DNA from: Gemmatimonadota bacterium
Lineage (GTDB): Bacteria; Gemmatimonadota; Gemmatimonadetes; Gemmatimonadales; GWC2-71-9
DNA: 20,989 nucleotides
Assembly: GCA_036679645.1 (NCBI GenBank)
Contig: JAZDCY010000027.1
Span: 1-20,989 of the forward strand
Direction: 5' to 3'
Numbering within the stretch: position 1 is the stretch's first letter; each line of letters begins with the position of its first letter. Position numbers and translations under genes: made by a program. This document shows positions 1 to 9,063 of this stretch, one piece after another. Under the pieces are notes generated by a model. The model was not told where the DNA came from, searched no databases, and worked only from the letters and a program-made list of their open reading frames with translations.

Positions 1-161
1 TCCCGATTGGACAGCGTGACCTCTTGGATCTCGCAATGCCAGCCGCGGTCGCGGTCACCCCATTCGCGACACCATTCGTCATCGTCCTGGGCGGCTAGCC
101 CCGGGGCGATCGCGACGGTGAGCCCAAGCAGGAAGAGTGAGGTCGTAAGACGTCGTTTCAT
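1..161 (-). CDS. 5' part of a secreted protein, probably DUF4097/putative adhesin beta-repeat family (runs off left edge)
   Basis: Not in the ORF track; manual translation from ATG at 161 gives MKRRLTTSLFLLGLTVAIAPGLAA|QDDDEWCREWGDRDRGWHCEIQEVTLSNR. It has a Sec signal peptide, a GGAG RBS upstream and a TAACAT -10-like hexamer. The family call rests only on a recalled WC...HCE.RE.TL N-terminal pattern. Confidence 0.65.
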   Translation of the reverse strand, partial: MKRRLTTSLFLLGLTVAIAPGLAAQDDDEWCREWGDRDRGWHCEIQEVTLSNR

Positions 162-230
162 TATGCACTCCGTGTGGATCCGCAATGTTAGACGCCCCAA
201 CCGGCACAAGGGTTTCAACTGGGAAGCCCC

Positions 231-272
231 AATCTCAAATCACTAATCGCCAATCAGTAATCACTAATCGTC
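231..272. repeat. Tandem degenerate heptamer array (AATCNNN)x6
   Basis: aatctca aatcact aatcgcc aatcagt aatcact aatcgtc; overlaps the kinase stop codon at 264-266. Confidence 0.9.
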
Positions 273-3188
273 CTGCCGCGTCTCCCCGGTCAACCGCGCC
301 AACCGGATCCGCACGTCCTCTACCAGCGGTTGGTACTCCGGATCTGCATCGCGCCAGAGCCGCACGAACTCCGCGTACTGAATCGCGGCCGAGTCCGGCT
401 GTCCTAGGGATTCGAAGATCTCGCCGCGCCTCAGGTTCGCCGCCGCACGGAACTCCGGATATAACAGGAGCGACTCGAACCGGCGCAGTGCTTCGTCATG
501 CCGTCCGAGGCGGGCGAGCAGATCGGCCTGGCGGTACCGTTCCGCGACCAGCGCAAAAATCTGGGAGTCCCGCACCAACTCTATCTTTCGAGCGGTCGAC
601 GTGCGCTCCAGGAGCCGTAACGCATCCTCCAGGCGACCCGCTTCGGACACGATCGCCGCCTGAATGCCGAGTGACAGGTCTCGCCCGAGCGCCCGGGCGT
701 CATCACTTCCAGGCAGCGATTCCAGTATCGCCACCTGTTGCTGCGCTGCGGCGTCGTCCCCGAGCTTCACGCTCAAGACGCCCAACAGATACGCCTTGAT
801 GTGTTCGTGGACATCGTCGTGCGCGCACACGAACTGGCGCGCCACCGTGCAGCGCTGCGCCGCGCCCGCATCGACGGCCGACAGATTGTCACGAACGGAT
901 TGAAGGATGTCTGGCTCCACGGAGAGGAAGGGGAGCGCCACGACATAGGCGGCGAGTTCGGTACCCTTCACCGACGCCCACAGCGCCGTCGAGTCGGCCA
1001 CGTGCAGGGCGGAGCGTACCTGGCCCTGACCGGCGTTCAGCCACGCGCGCCAGTTCTGGTGATAGGTGGCGGCCACGGGATCTTCAGCATCGCTGGCCAG
1101 CCGCTCGGCGAGGACCGTCGCATCGGCGAGTTCACCCAGCAGCCAGCCGATCCTGAGCGGCTGCATGAATGCCCCTCGCGACTCCGCCAGCACGGCGGCG
1201 CGAGCGGCTGCATCGCCCTGTGTGTAGGCGGCAAGTGTACGCCGGATGAGCGACTCGGCTGGATCGCCTCCCCGTTGAACGATCACGCTGTCGAGAAGGG
1301 CCAGGTCACGATGGCCGAACGCGACATCGAACGAGAGATGGAAAACGGCGTCCCCGCGGCCGGGATCGAGCTGAAATGCGCGCCAGTGCGGTTCGCGCGC
1401 CAACGTGTAGGGTTGCCCATAGAACGGACCGTTGTGACTGCGCATTTCCCCCAACATGTACAGCGCTTCGAAGTCGTTGGGATACTCGCGCAGGACCTCC
1501 CGGGCCAGGGACTCCATCAGCGGCCCATCACCGCGCTCGAGCGCCAGCGACATCTCGAGCAACGCCCGATGCCGGGGCAGCACGTTGCGCCCCCGGCTCG
1601 CCCGGACCCCAGCCTCGGCGGCACGCGTGGCCAATGTGTGGCGTTCCCTCCAGCTCGCCGCCCGCGCGAGCGGCAGGTACGCAATCGCGAAATTCGAGTC
1701 GATGGCAACCGCCTCCGTCAGCGCGTCGATCGCCCGGCTGAACTCGTTCGCACGATAGTGACGCACGCCCCGCAGATACGCTTTGAGCGCCTCGACGGAA
1801 TCCGTGGTCGAGACTGCGAGTGAATCGATGCCCTGCTCGGAGAGTGCTAGGCCCACGAGGAGTTCGCGGCCGAGGGCTGTCGTCAGCTCCAGGAGATCGT
1901 CCGGATCGCCGGTCACCTGCGCCGAGAGGGGAGCGGAATCCCCGACCGTATGGAGAGTGGCCCGTACCTGCACACGGCCGCGGCCCGCGGCGGCGACGCT
2001 TCCAGAGATGTACCGTCCGGCACCCAGCTCGCGCGCCGTGGCCTCGTGTTGGTCTTCCGCCGGTCGGCGCGCAATCACCACCCCGGGATCGATGATCCGG
2101 AAATCCCCTACGCCATCGAGCGCCGTCGACAGCAATTCGGCAATCCCGTCCCCCAGGTACTCGTGGTCGGGATCGGGGCTGCGCACCGCAAAGGGAAAGA
2201 CAGCGAGCTGTTCAACATTCACCGCGGGCACCTCGCCCGCGCCGCGCGACATTACCCACCAGCCTCCCAGAACGATAGCCGCCACCGCCGCAATTCCTGC
2301 GGGCCACGCCCACGCCGGTCGCTCCGGGGGAGATGCCGCGGATTGCGTCCCGCCGGTCGCAGACGAGCGCTTCAGGGCCTCCGCCAGCCGAGAGCCGTCC
2401 TCGAATCGATCGGCCGGGTTCTTCGCGAGCGTTTTTGCGATCGTGTTGCTGACTGCGTCGGGCACGCCCGTTCTGATCGTGCCGACTGCCGGCGGGTCTG
2501 CCGTGAGATGTTGTTGCACGATACTCGCCACGGTGGGTCCGGTGAACGGCGGCCGGCCGGCCAGACACTCGAACAGCGTGCAGCCCAGGCTGTAGACGTC
2601 GGAACGCACGTCCACGGATTCGCCGGCGGCTTGTTCGGGACTCATGTAGAGCGGTGTCCCGATCGACATGCCCGTCTCGGTGAGCTTCTCTTCCGATGCG
2701 CCGCTCATGGCGGTCGCGATACCAAAATCCGCTATGACGGCGTGGCCCTCGACGAGGAGGATGTTCTCTGGCTTGATGTCTCTGTGCACGATCCCGTGTC
2801 GATGCGCTGAGCCCAATGCATCAGCCGCTTCGGTGGCGTACTGGACCGCGTCTTCGATGGAGAGGGCGCCGCGATCCAACGCCTCACGCAGTGACTCCCC
2901 TTCGACGAGGGGCATCACGTAATAGAGGAGGTCGCCCGTACCACCGGAGTCGAGCACCGGGAGGATGTTCGGATGGGTGAGGCGTGCTGTGACCTTGATC
3001 TCGCGCAGGAATCGATCGGAGCCGAGCGCTGCCGCCAGCTCCGGCCGCAGCACCTTGATCGCGACCGCGCGGTCGTGCGAGCAATCCAGTGCCCGGTAGA
3101 CGATTGCCATCCCACCGGAGCCCAATTCCGCTTCCAGATTGTAGCGGTCGCCTACCGCGACCTGGAGCCGATCGAAGAGTTCACTCAA
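264..3188 (-). CDS. Hanks-type Ser/Thr protein kinase with TM helix, TolB-like domain and TPR repeats
   Basis: Motifs LGSGGMAIVY, VAIK, HRDIKPEN, DFGIA, GTPLYMSPEQ, SDVYSLG; TM WAWPAGIAAVAAIVLGGWWVM; LAVFPF...EYLGDGIAELLSTAL TolB-N-like segment; helical TPR-like C-terminus. TTG start. Confidence 0.95.
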   Translation of the reverse strand: MSELFDRLQVAVGDRYNLEAELGSGGMAIVYRALDCSHDRAVAIKVLRPELAAALGSDRFLREIKVTARLTHPNILPVLDSGGTGDLLYYVMPLVEGESLREALDRGALSIEDAVQYATEAADALGSAHRHGIVHRDIKPENILLVEGHAVIADFGIATAMSGASEEKLTETGMSIGTPLYMSPEQAAGESVDVRSDVYSLGCTLFECLAGRPPFTGPTVASIVQQHLTADPPAVGTIRTGVPDAVSNTIAKTLAKNPADRFEDGSRLAEALKRSSATGGTQSAASPPERPAWAWPAGIAAVAAIVLGGWWVMSRGAGEVPAVNVEQLAVFPFAVRSPDPDHEYLGDGIAELLSTALDGVGDFRIIDPGVVIARRPAEDQHEATARELGAGRYISGSVAAAGRGRVQVRATLHTVGDSAPLSAQVTGDPDDLLELTTALGRELLVGLALSEQGIDSLAVSTTDSVEALKAYLRGVRHYRANEFSRAIDALTEAVAIDSNFAIAYLPLARAASWRERHTLATRAAEAGVRASRGRNVLPRHRALLEMSLALERGDGPLMESLAREVLREYPNDFEALYMLGEMRSHNGPFYGQPYTLAREPHWRAFQLDPGRGDAVFHLSFDVAFGHRDLALLDSVIVQRGGDPAESLIRRTLAAYTQGDAAARAAVLAESRGAFMQPLRIGWLLGELADATVLAERLASDAEDPVAATYHQNWRAWLNAGQGQVRSALHVADSTALWASVKGTELAAYVVALPFLSVEPDILQSVRDNLSAVDAGAAQRCTVARQFVCAHDDVHEHIKAYLLGVLSVKLGDDAAAQQQVAILESLPGSDDARALGRDLSLGIQAAIVSEAGRLEDALRLLERTSTARKIELVRDSQIFALVAERYRQADLLARLGRHDEALRRFESLLLYPEFRAAANLRRGEIFESLGQPDSAAIQYAEFVRLWRDADPEYQPLVEDVRIRLARLTGETRQDD

Positions 3189-3254
3189 GAGGTGCTACCT
3201 GGGAAAGTCGGACCAAAGGTATCCCCGTTCCCCAGATCCTGAAACCGGTAGATC

Positions 3255-3323
3255 GGTGATTATTGCTTAGCGAATACTGATTTGTGATTCATCGAAAGAC
3301 CAAATCTCAAATCGCTAATCTGT
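3255..3323. repeat. Inverted heptamer arrays: (NNNGATT-like)x5, 13-nt spacer, (AATCNNN)x3
   Basis: ggtgatt attgctt agcgaat actgatt tgtgatt (3255-3289), catcgaaagacca, aatctca aatcgct aatctgt (3303-3323); lies between divergent kinase and proline dehydrogenase genes. Confidence 0.8.
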
Positions 3324-3366
3324 TCCCCCTTTCCGCCACTCGCCGCGCCCGCCATTATTCCCGGCC

Positions 3367-4293
3367 ATGTCAATCGCACGCAATCTGCTCCTGTGGGGTT
3401 CCCGTAACCGCTGGCTGGAGAACCAAATGCGGCGCCGCGCCTTTGCGCGGCGAGCGGTGCGCCGCTTCATGCCGGGAGAAGATGTTAGGGCAGCGCTCGC
3501 CGCCGGCGAGGCGGTTGCCCAACGGGGCATCGGCGCGTTGCTCACGCAGCTCGGCGAGAACGTCACGTCGGCGACCGAGGCCGCGGGCGTCGCTGCACAC
3601 TACCGTGAGGTCCTAGGTGAGATCGAGCGCCGGAAGATGCGGGCCGAAGTCTCCGTCAAGCTCACGCAGCTCGGTCTCGACTTCGATCGCGAGGCGTGCG
3701 CGGCGTCCGCGACGCGGTTGGCACAGCAGGCGGCGATGCGTGGGAGTCGGCTCTGGATCGACATGGAGGACTCGTGCTACACGGACGTGACGCTCGACAT
3801 CTTCCGACAAGTCCACGGAGCCTCGCCCAACGTCGGCCTGTGCTTGCAGACGTATCTCTACCGCACCGCCGACGACCTGAACGCATTGCTCCCGCTCAAT
3901 CCCTGGATCCGTCTGGTGAAGGGTGCATACAACGAGCCACCCGATGTCGCGTATCCTCGCAAGCGCGACGTCGATGCGAACTACCTTACGCTCGCGACGA
4001 GGTTGATAGAACACGCCACCCACGGTGGCAACCCGCCGGTGTTTGGCACGCACGACCTGTCGTTGATCGATCGGCTCCAGCACAGGGCCCGCGAGCACGG
4101 GCTCGACAGGAGTGCCTGCGAGATCCACATGCTGTTCGGCATCCGCGCGACCCACCAGGAGCGGCTGGCCCGGGAGGGGTTCGAGGTCTGCGTCCTCATC
4201 AGCTACGGATCTGCATGGTTCCCGTGGTACATGCGGCGGCTCGCGGAGCGGCCCGCGAACGTGTGGTTCGTGGCGAAGAGCTTCTTCGGCTAG
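3367..4293 (+). CDS. Monofunctional proline dehydrogenase (FAD TIM barrel)
   Basis: Motifs SVKLTQLG, WIDMEDS, LQTYLYRT, IRLVKGAYNEP, GTHD, HMLFGI, YMRRLAERPAN; 308 aa with no P5C dehydrogenase domain. Confidence 0.95.
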   Translation: MSIARNLLLWGSRNRWLENQMRRRAFARRAVRRFMPGEDVRAALAAGEAVAQRGIGALLTQLGENVTSATEAAGVAAHYREVLGEIERRKMRAEVSVKLTQLGLDFDREACAASATRLAQQAAMRGSRLWIDMEDSCYTDVTLDIFRQVHGASPNVGLCLQTYLYRTADDLNALLPLNPWIRLVKGAYNEPPDVAYPRKRDVDANYLTLATRLIEHATHGGNPPVFGTHDLSLIDRLQHRAREHGLDRSACEIHMLFGIRATHQERLAREGFEVCVLISYGSAWFPWYMRRLAERPANVWFVAKSFFG

Positions 4294-4409
4294 TCGTCCC
4301 AACCGCTTACGCGGTAGTCGCTTACCAATGAATAAGCCACAAAAGTGCGCTGTATCACCGGCGCGCATCCGCGAAGGCCCCATAATGAAGCGTCTGTAGG
4401 AGGAGTCCA

Positions 4410-4838
4410 ATGACCAACGACCTCATGAGCCCGGCGCTCAAGCACCGTCGGAAACCCGAAACGTTGCGGCTCCGCGCTGTCATGCCCAGCCTGCGCGTGC
4501 GCGATCTGGACCGCAGCATTTCCTGGTATCGCGACGTCTTGGGCTTCGTGATCGCCGACCTCGCGGAGGCCGACGGGCGACCCATCGCCGCCCAGATGAT
4601 TGCGGGCAAGGTGCGGTTCCTGCTCATGCAGGACGACGAGTCGGGCCCGTCCGCGCAGAAAGGCGGGGGCTTCAGCATCTTCTGCGCGACCCGTCAAAAC
4701 ATCGACAATATCGCAGAACTGATCGAGGAACGCGGTGGGAACATCAGCGAAGGTCCTCGGAATCAGTGGGGCGGTCGAGACTTCACCGTGGTGGATCCAG
4801 ACGGATTCCACATCGTGATCACGACGGGGACGAGGTAA
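4410..4838 (+). CDS. VOC/glyoxalase/bleomycin-resistance family protein
   Basis: LRVRDLDRSISWYRDVLGF and PRNQWGGRDFTVVDPDG motifs; AGGAGG RBS and CATAAT hexamer upstream. Confidence 0.9.
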   Translation: MTNDLMSPALKHRRKPETLRLRAVMPSLRVRDLDRSISWYRDVLGFVIADLAEADGRPIAAQMIAGKVRFLLMQDDESGPSAQKGGGFSIFCATRQNIDNIAELIEERGGNISEGPRNQWGGRDFTVVDPDGFHIVITTGTR

Positions 4839-4844
4839 TAGGAC

Positions 4845-4876
4845 AGACGCTCAAACGCTCAGACGCTCACGCGCTC
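4845..4876. repeat. Tandem octamer array (ANNCGCTC)x4
   Basis: agacgctc aaacgctc agacgctc acgcgctc directly after the VOC stop codon. Confidence 0.85.
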
Positions 4877-4935
4877 AGTTTGTAGGATCTCCGCTTCCGT
4901 TCTAGCTTCCGCACGTCTCTTTGCGGAGGATGGGC

Positions 4936-5634
4936 ATGAACGTGCTGGTGGGGACGAGCGGCTATTCCTACAAGGAATGGAAGGGGCCGTTCTACCCTGA
5001 GGACCTCAAGAACGACGAGATGCTCCGCTACTACGCGGAGCGGCTGCCGACCGTCGAGATCAACAACACGTTCTATCGCATGCCGCGCGAGCGGGTGATC
5101 CTCAATTGGGCCGACGCGACCCCGGAGCGGTTCCAGTTCGTGCTGAAGGCATCGCGTAGGATCACCCACATGGGCCGGCTCAAGAATGTAGCGAGCGAGT
5201 TGCGCTACTTTCTGCAGGCCTCGAGCGCGCTGGGTGACAAACGCGGGCCGTCGCTGTTCCAGCTCCCACCCAACATGAAAGCGGACCCGGCTCTCTTGGG
5301 GGAATTCCTCTCGCTCCTTCCCCCTGACTGGCGTGCGGCGTTCGAGTTCCGCCACCCCTCATGGTTTGTCGACGAGGTGTACGATCTGCTGCGGGTTCGC
5401 GGCGCGGCCCTGGTACTCGCCGAGACGGACGATCAGGAAGCTCCCGATGTTGTGACGGCGGATTGGGGATACGTGCGGCTTCGACGCACCGAGTACTCCG
5501 ACCGTGACCTCGAGCGCTGGGCCGAACGAGTCGCGACATATCCGTGGGATGAAGCGTTTGTCTTTCTGAAGCACGAAGACAAGGGACTCGGACCGAAGTA
5601 CGCCGAGCAACTGTTGGCCGCAATCGAAGCCTAG
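4936..5634 (+). CDS. DUF72 (YecE-like) TIM-barrel protein
   Basis: VGTSGYSYKEWKGPFYP, TVEINNTFYRMP, LKASRRITH, LFQLPP, EFRHPSWF, YVRLR. Start placed at ATG 4936, 6 nt after GGAGG (4925-4929). Confidence 0.93.
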   Translation: MNVLVGTSGYSYKEWKGPFYPEDLKNDEMLRYYAERLPTVEINNTFYRMPRERVILNWADATPERFQFVLKASRRITHMGRLKNVASELRYFLQASSALGDKRGPSLFQLPPNMKADPALLGEFLSLLPPDWRAAFEFRHPSWFVDEVYDLLRVRGAALVLAETDDQEAPDVVTADWGYVRLRRTEYSDRDLERWAERVATYPWDEAFVFLKHEDKGLGPKYAEQLLAAIEA

Positions 5635-5661
5635 GAACAAGCCGCTCAGCACAAATCACGA

Positions 5662-5800
5662 TGCCCTCGGCTCCCGGGGTTCGGCGGCTCGAAGCCGCCG
5701 CTCGGCGCCTGCGGCGGCGCGTCTTGCAAAGACGCGCGGGAGGGCAGCGCCATTCATGGCGCGTCGCGGAGCGCCGAGCACGGCCTTCAGGCCGTGAACC
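5662..5800 (+). other. Multi-hairpin structured intergenic element (REP/MITE-like repeat or structured RNA)
   Basis: Stems: 5682-5689/5693-5700, 5700-5716/5762-5779, 5717-5725/5729-5737, 5747-5752/5757-5762, 5779-5785/5790-5796, closing 5678-5682/5796-5800; also 5662-5668 is complementary to 5740-5746. Confidence 0.7.
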
Positions 5801-5832
5801 AGCGATCGGACGGCGACCGGTGCGGAGATTCC

Positions 5833-6507
5833 CTAGCCCGTCGCGGCGTTTTCTCCCCACCGCGCGACGACGTCTGCCAGTTCTACCATGACTTCGTCGT
5901 GCGACCGTCCACTCCGTTTCAATACCTTGAACGAGTGGTCGCCGCCATCGACGACGTGCAGTGTCACCCGCTTGCCAATCCGCTTGGTGACACCCTTCAT
6001 CAACTCCAGGTCGGCAAGCGAATCGCGCGTGCCCTGCAGGAACAACATGGGCACGTGCACGTCGCTGAGATGAGCTGCGCGCTTATTCCCCACGCGGCCC
6101 GGCGCGTGGAGCGGAAAACCCAGGAAGACGAGCCCCACAACTCCTGGCAGCACCTCCTTGGCCTGTGCCTGTGACGTCATGCGGCCGCCGAACGATTTTC
6201 CCCCCGCGATGATCGCCAGGCCTGGGCACACATCGCGCGCCGACGTGACCGCGGCGCGAACGGTGCCCTCCGCCATGTGTGCCGGATCGGGACGGCGCTT
6301 TCCTTCTTCCATGTAGGGGAACTGATACCGCAGCGTCGCGATATCACGTTGCGCCAATGCACGAGCGATCTGCTCCATGAACGGATGGCGCATCCCCGCG
6401 CCGGCGCCGTGTGCAAGCACGTACAGCAGCTTCGCGGCCTTCGTCCTGAGAAGCAGCGCCGATACTCGCCCGTACCCCGAATCGAAATCCAGTTCTTGCT
6501 CCGTCAT
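5833..6507 (-). CDS. Alpha/beta hydrolase (KANSL3/Tex30-like, dienelactone hydrolase-related)
   Basis: Likely start ATG 6507 (MTEQELDF) with GAGGT RBS overlapping the ligD stop; LAHGAGAGM, nucleophile elbow [13 protein letters not shown] and GGDHSF give a Ser-Asp-His triad. 224 aa. Confidence 0.9.
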   Translation of the reverse strand: MTEQELDFDSGYGRVSALLLRTKAAKLLYVLAHGAGAGMRHPFMEQIARALAQRDIATLRYQFPYMEEGKRRPDPAHMAEGTVRAAVTSARDVCPGLAIIAGGKSFGGRMTSQAQAKEVLPGVVGLVFLGFPLHAPGRVGNKRAAHLSDVHVPMLFLQGTRDSLADLELMKGVTKRIGKRVTLHVVDGGDHSFKVLKRSGRSHDEVMVELADVVARWGENAATG

Positions 6508-6512
6508 GCACC

Positions 6513-9035
6513 TCAGCTTCCGCCAGCGCTCTCCATCCGCTCCTGCAGCCGCCCAAGCGCCGCAACGAGATCGGGTTGTTCGTCGAGCACCGGGAACAGC
6601 GGATCCGCTTTCCATCGCTTCAACCGGACGGGCGCCGTCTTGATGTTGAACTTCGCAATGTCCAGCTTCTCGTTCACCTCGCTCCACTCGAGCGGCATCG
6701 AGACAGGTGCCCCCTGGAGCGGCCGCACGCAATACGGCGCGACCAACAACTTCCCCCGCCCGTTTTGCAGGTAATCGAGGTACACCTTGCCTTCCCTCTG
6801 TGACGGGAGACGCGTTACCGTGGCAATTCCCGGCAACTGGCCCGCCAGCACCCGAGCCAACAGCTCCCCGATCAGTTTCGCCTGCTCGTAGGTGCACTGC
6901 CTTCCGAGGGGGATCATCAGGTGCAACCCCGTCGAGCCACTGGTTTTGATGTAACAGGGCAGCTCTATCTCCCGGCACAACGCGCGCCCGGCACGCGCCA
7001 CTTCCACGACGTGCTCGAACGGCGCCTCTTTGGGATCCAGATCGATGATTGTCCAGTCGGGATGCTCGAGCGTCGCCGCCCTGCTCGCCCAGATGTGCAT
7101 CGGTATCGTGCCGAGGTTCGCAATGTAGAGCAACGACTCCTCGTTGTCGGCAACGAAGTAGCTCAGCTCCCGCTCGGTGTCCTCGCTCCACATCTTCTCG
7201 CGGCGGACCCACTCCGGGGCAAACCCAGGCGCGTCCTTCTGGAAGAACTGCTTCCCGTGAATGCCATCGGGGAATCGCGTCATCACGAGCGGGCGATCCT
7301 TGAGATACGGCAGCATCCACGGTGCGATCGCCCGGTAGTAGTCGATGAGATCGCCTTTGGTGTACCCCTCCTCCGGCCAGAACACCTTGTCGAGGTTGGT
7401 GAGCAGGATGTGCAACTCGGTCTTCGCCGGTGACACGGTCGGCAGGTCGAGATGGCGGCCGCGACCACCGGGTTTGATGCAATCGGTTGGTGGCTTGTCG
7501 TCCCGGAGGCCGAGAAACGCTGGCTGCCGCAGCAGTCCATCTTCGGTCAGTTCCTTGTAGCGCACCTCGGCGATGAGTTCGGGCGCGACCCACGTGTGCG
7601 CGTCGCCGGTCGGCGCATGCTGACATGGCGGATCGTCCCGCCGGATCTTGTCGAGCGTCGCGCGGATATCGTCGAGCTGCCGGCTGTCAAAGCCCGTCCC
7701 GACGCGTCCCACGTAGACGAGGTTCTCGCCCTCGAACGCCGCGAGGTGCAGCGCGCCGAATCCGCCCCGTCCCCCCTTTGGCGCCGAGAAGCCGACGACC
7801 ACGAAATCGTCCCGCAAGTCGAGCCGGATCTTGAGCCAGTCGGCGGACCGGCCCGCCCGGTACGGTGCATCCGCCTTCTTTGCCACCATACCCTCGAGCT
7901 GCATCTCTTCGACGTGGCCAAAGAAAGCCTCGCCCTGTTGCTCGATGTGATCCGAGTACTTGAGGGCGCCGGCTTCCGGCAACACGCGTCGGAGGATCTT
8001 CTTGCGATCGAGCAGACCAAGCCCGCGCAGGTCGTATCCCTCGAAGCCGAGCAGGTCGAACACATAAAGGGTGGCGGGCAATTGGACAGTGGCGCGCCGA
8101 ATGTCCGGGGTACGTCGCAGCCGGGCCCGTTTCTGCAACCGCTGGAAGCTGGGAAGCCCCGCGGAATCGTGGACCACGACCTCTCCGTCGAGCACCAGCG
8201 AAGCGAACGGCAGCGACCGCACCGCGCGGGCGATCTCGGGGAAGCTCTCGGTGATTTCATGGCCGTTCCGTGTGCGGAGCGTTGCCTCACCCCGCTCGGC
8301 ACCGGCCACGATCCGATATCCATCGTACTTCAGCTCGTAGATCCAACCGGGCTTGGAAAACGGCTCGGCGCGGGTCTCCGCCAACATCACCTCGACATCG
8401 TGCGCGGCAACGGCCCGCCGCGGCGCACCCAGCTCGTCGAGTTGCGCCCTGATCTCCGACGCCACATCCCGCCCGGCTGCCAGCTCCTCCACGGTGAGAC
8501 CGGACAGCACCGACCCCTCCGCAAAATCATCCGGGCCCTCTTGCGCCAGCGCGTCGCGCTCCTTGATCAGCAACCAGTCACGCTCGCTCTTCTGGATCTT
8601 CACGAGCGTCCACCGACCGTGCAGCTTATACCCACGCAGCTCGAAAAGAAGCTTCCCCTTCTGCAAGCCCTCGAGTGCGTCTTCCAGAGGGACCCACTCC
8701 CCGCGATCCCAGATGACCACGGCCCCCGCACCATAGTTCCCTTCCGGGATGATGCCCTCGAAGTCGCCATACTCGAGGGGATGGTCCTCGACGTGCACCG
8801 CGAGCCGCTTCTCGGCAGGATCCGCGGACGGGCCCTTGGGGACCGCCCACGACCGGAGCACGCCTTCCATCTGGAGTCGGAGATCCCAGTGGGTCCGGGT
8901 GGCTGCGTGCTTGTGCATCACGAACAGCCGTCCCTCGGCTCCGAGGGCCCCCGCTGGCTCGGGGGAAATCCCGGGCGAACGCTTTGCGCGGTAAGTACTT
9001 AGAAGATCGCCGGATTCGTTTTCTGTTGCGCCCAT
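6513..9035 (-). CDS. ligD: NHEJ DNA ligase D (phosphoesterase - ATP-dependent ligase - primase/polymerase)
   Basis: [106 protein letters not shown]. Confidence 0.97.
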   Translation of the reverse strand: MGATENESGDLLSTYRAKRSPGISPEPAGALGAEGRLFVMHKHAATRTHWDLRLQMEGVLRSWAVPKGPSADPAEKRLAVHVEDHPLEYGDFEGIIPEGNYGAGAVVIWDRGEWVPLEDALEGLQKGKLLFELRGYKLHGRWTLVKIQKSERDWLLIKERDALAQEGPDDFAEGSVLSGLTVEELAAGRDVASEIRAQLDELGAPRRAVAAHDVEVMLAETRAEPFSKPGWIYELKYDGYRIVAGAERGEATLRTRNGHEITESFPEIARAVRSLPFASLVLDGEVVVHDSAGLPSFQRLQKRARLRRTPDIRRATVQLPATLYVFDLLGFEGYDLRGLGLLDRKKILRRVLPEAGALKYSDHIEQQGEAFFGHVEEMQLEGMVAKKADAPYRAGRSADWLKIRLDLRDDFVVVGFSAPKGGRGGFGALHLAAFEGENLVYVGRVGTGFDSRQLDDIRATLDKIRRDDPPCQHAPTGDAHTWVAPELIAEVRYKELTEDGLLRQPAFLGLRDDKPPTDCIKPGGRGRHLDLPTVSPAKTELHILLTNLDKVFWPEEGYTKGDLIDYYRAIAPWMLPYLKDRPLVMTRFPDGIHGKQFFQKDAPGFAPEWVRREKMWSEDTERELSYFVADNEESLLYIANLGTIPMHIWASRAATLEHPDWTIIDLDPKEAPFEHVVEVARAGRALCREIELPCYIKTSGSTGLHLMIPLGRQCTYEQAKLIGELLARVLAGQLPGIATVTRLPSQREGKVYLDYLQNGRGKLLVAPYCVRPLQGAPVSMPLEWSEVNEKLDIAKFNIKTAPVRLKRWKADPLFPVLDEQPDLVAALGRLQERMESAGGS

Positions 9036-9063
9036 TTCGACAACATCCTATAGTATCGACCCC
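9036..9063. promoter_or_regulatory. Compact divergent promoter region with back-to-back -10 hexamers
   Basis: TAGTAT at 9051-9056 (+), 7 nt before the ku ATG; TAGGAT at 9050-9045 (-), 9 nt before the ligD ATG; no Shine-Dalgarno before ku. Confidence 0.5.

Noticed and set aside
4291..4326. Small hairpin ACCGC-TTAC-GCGGT and duplicated CGCTTAC after proline dehydrogenase
   Set aside because: Only a 5-bp stem with no U-tract; within chance expectation.
5662..5800. tRNA or a named riboswitch/ribozyme call for the structured element
   Set aside because: No tRNA T/D-arm consensus or CCA end, and no conserved core I can match by eye; kept only as an unnamed structure.
5661..5891. 76-aa ORF across the structured intergenic element
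   Set aside because: No RBS, composition explained by GC palindromes, overlaps the hydrolase 3' end.
6508..7626. N-terminal extension of the 597-aa ORF 5833..7626
   Set aside because: Overlaps ligD in another frame with low-complexity Arg/Gly/Ala sequence; the hydrolase has its own ATG and RBS at 6507.
7452..9002. 516-aa antisense ORF (similarly 738..1823, 11608..12966, 9097..9921)
   Set aside because: Antisense shadows of well-supported genes in high-GC DNA; no recognisable motifs.
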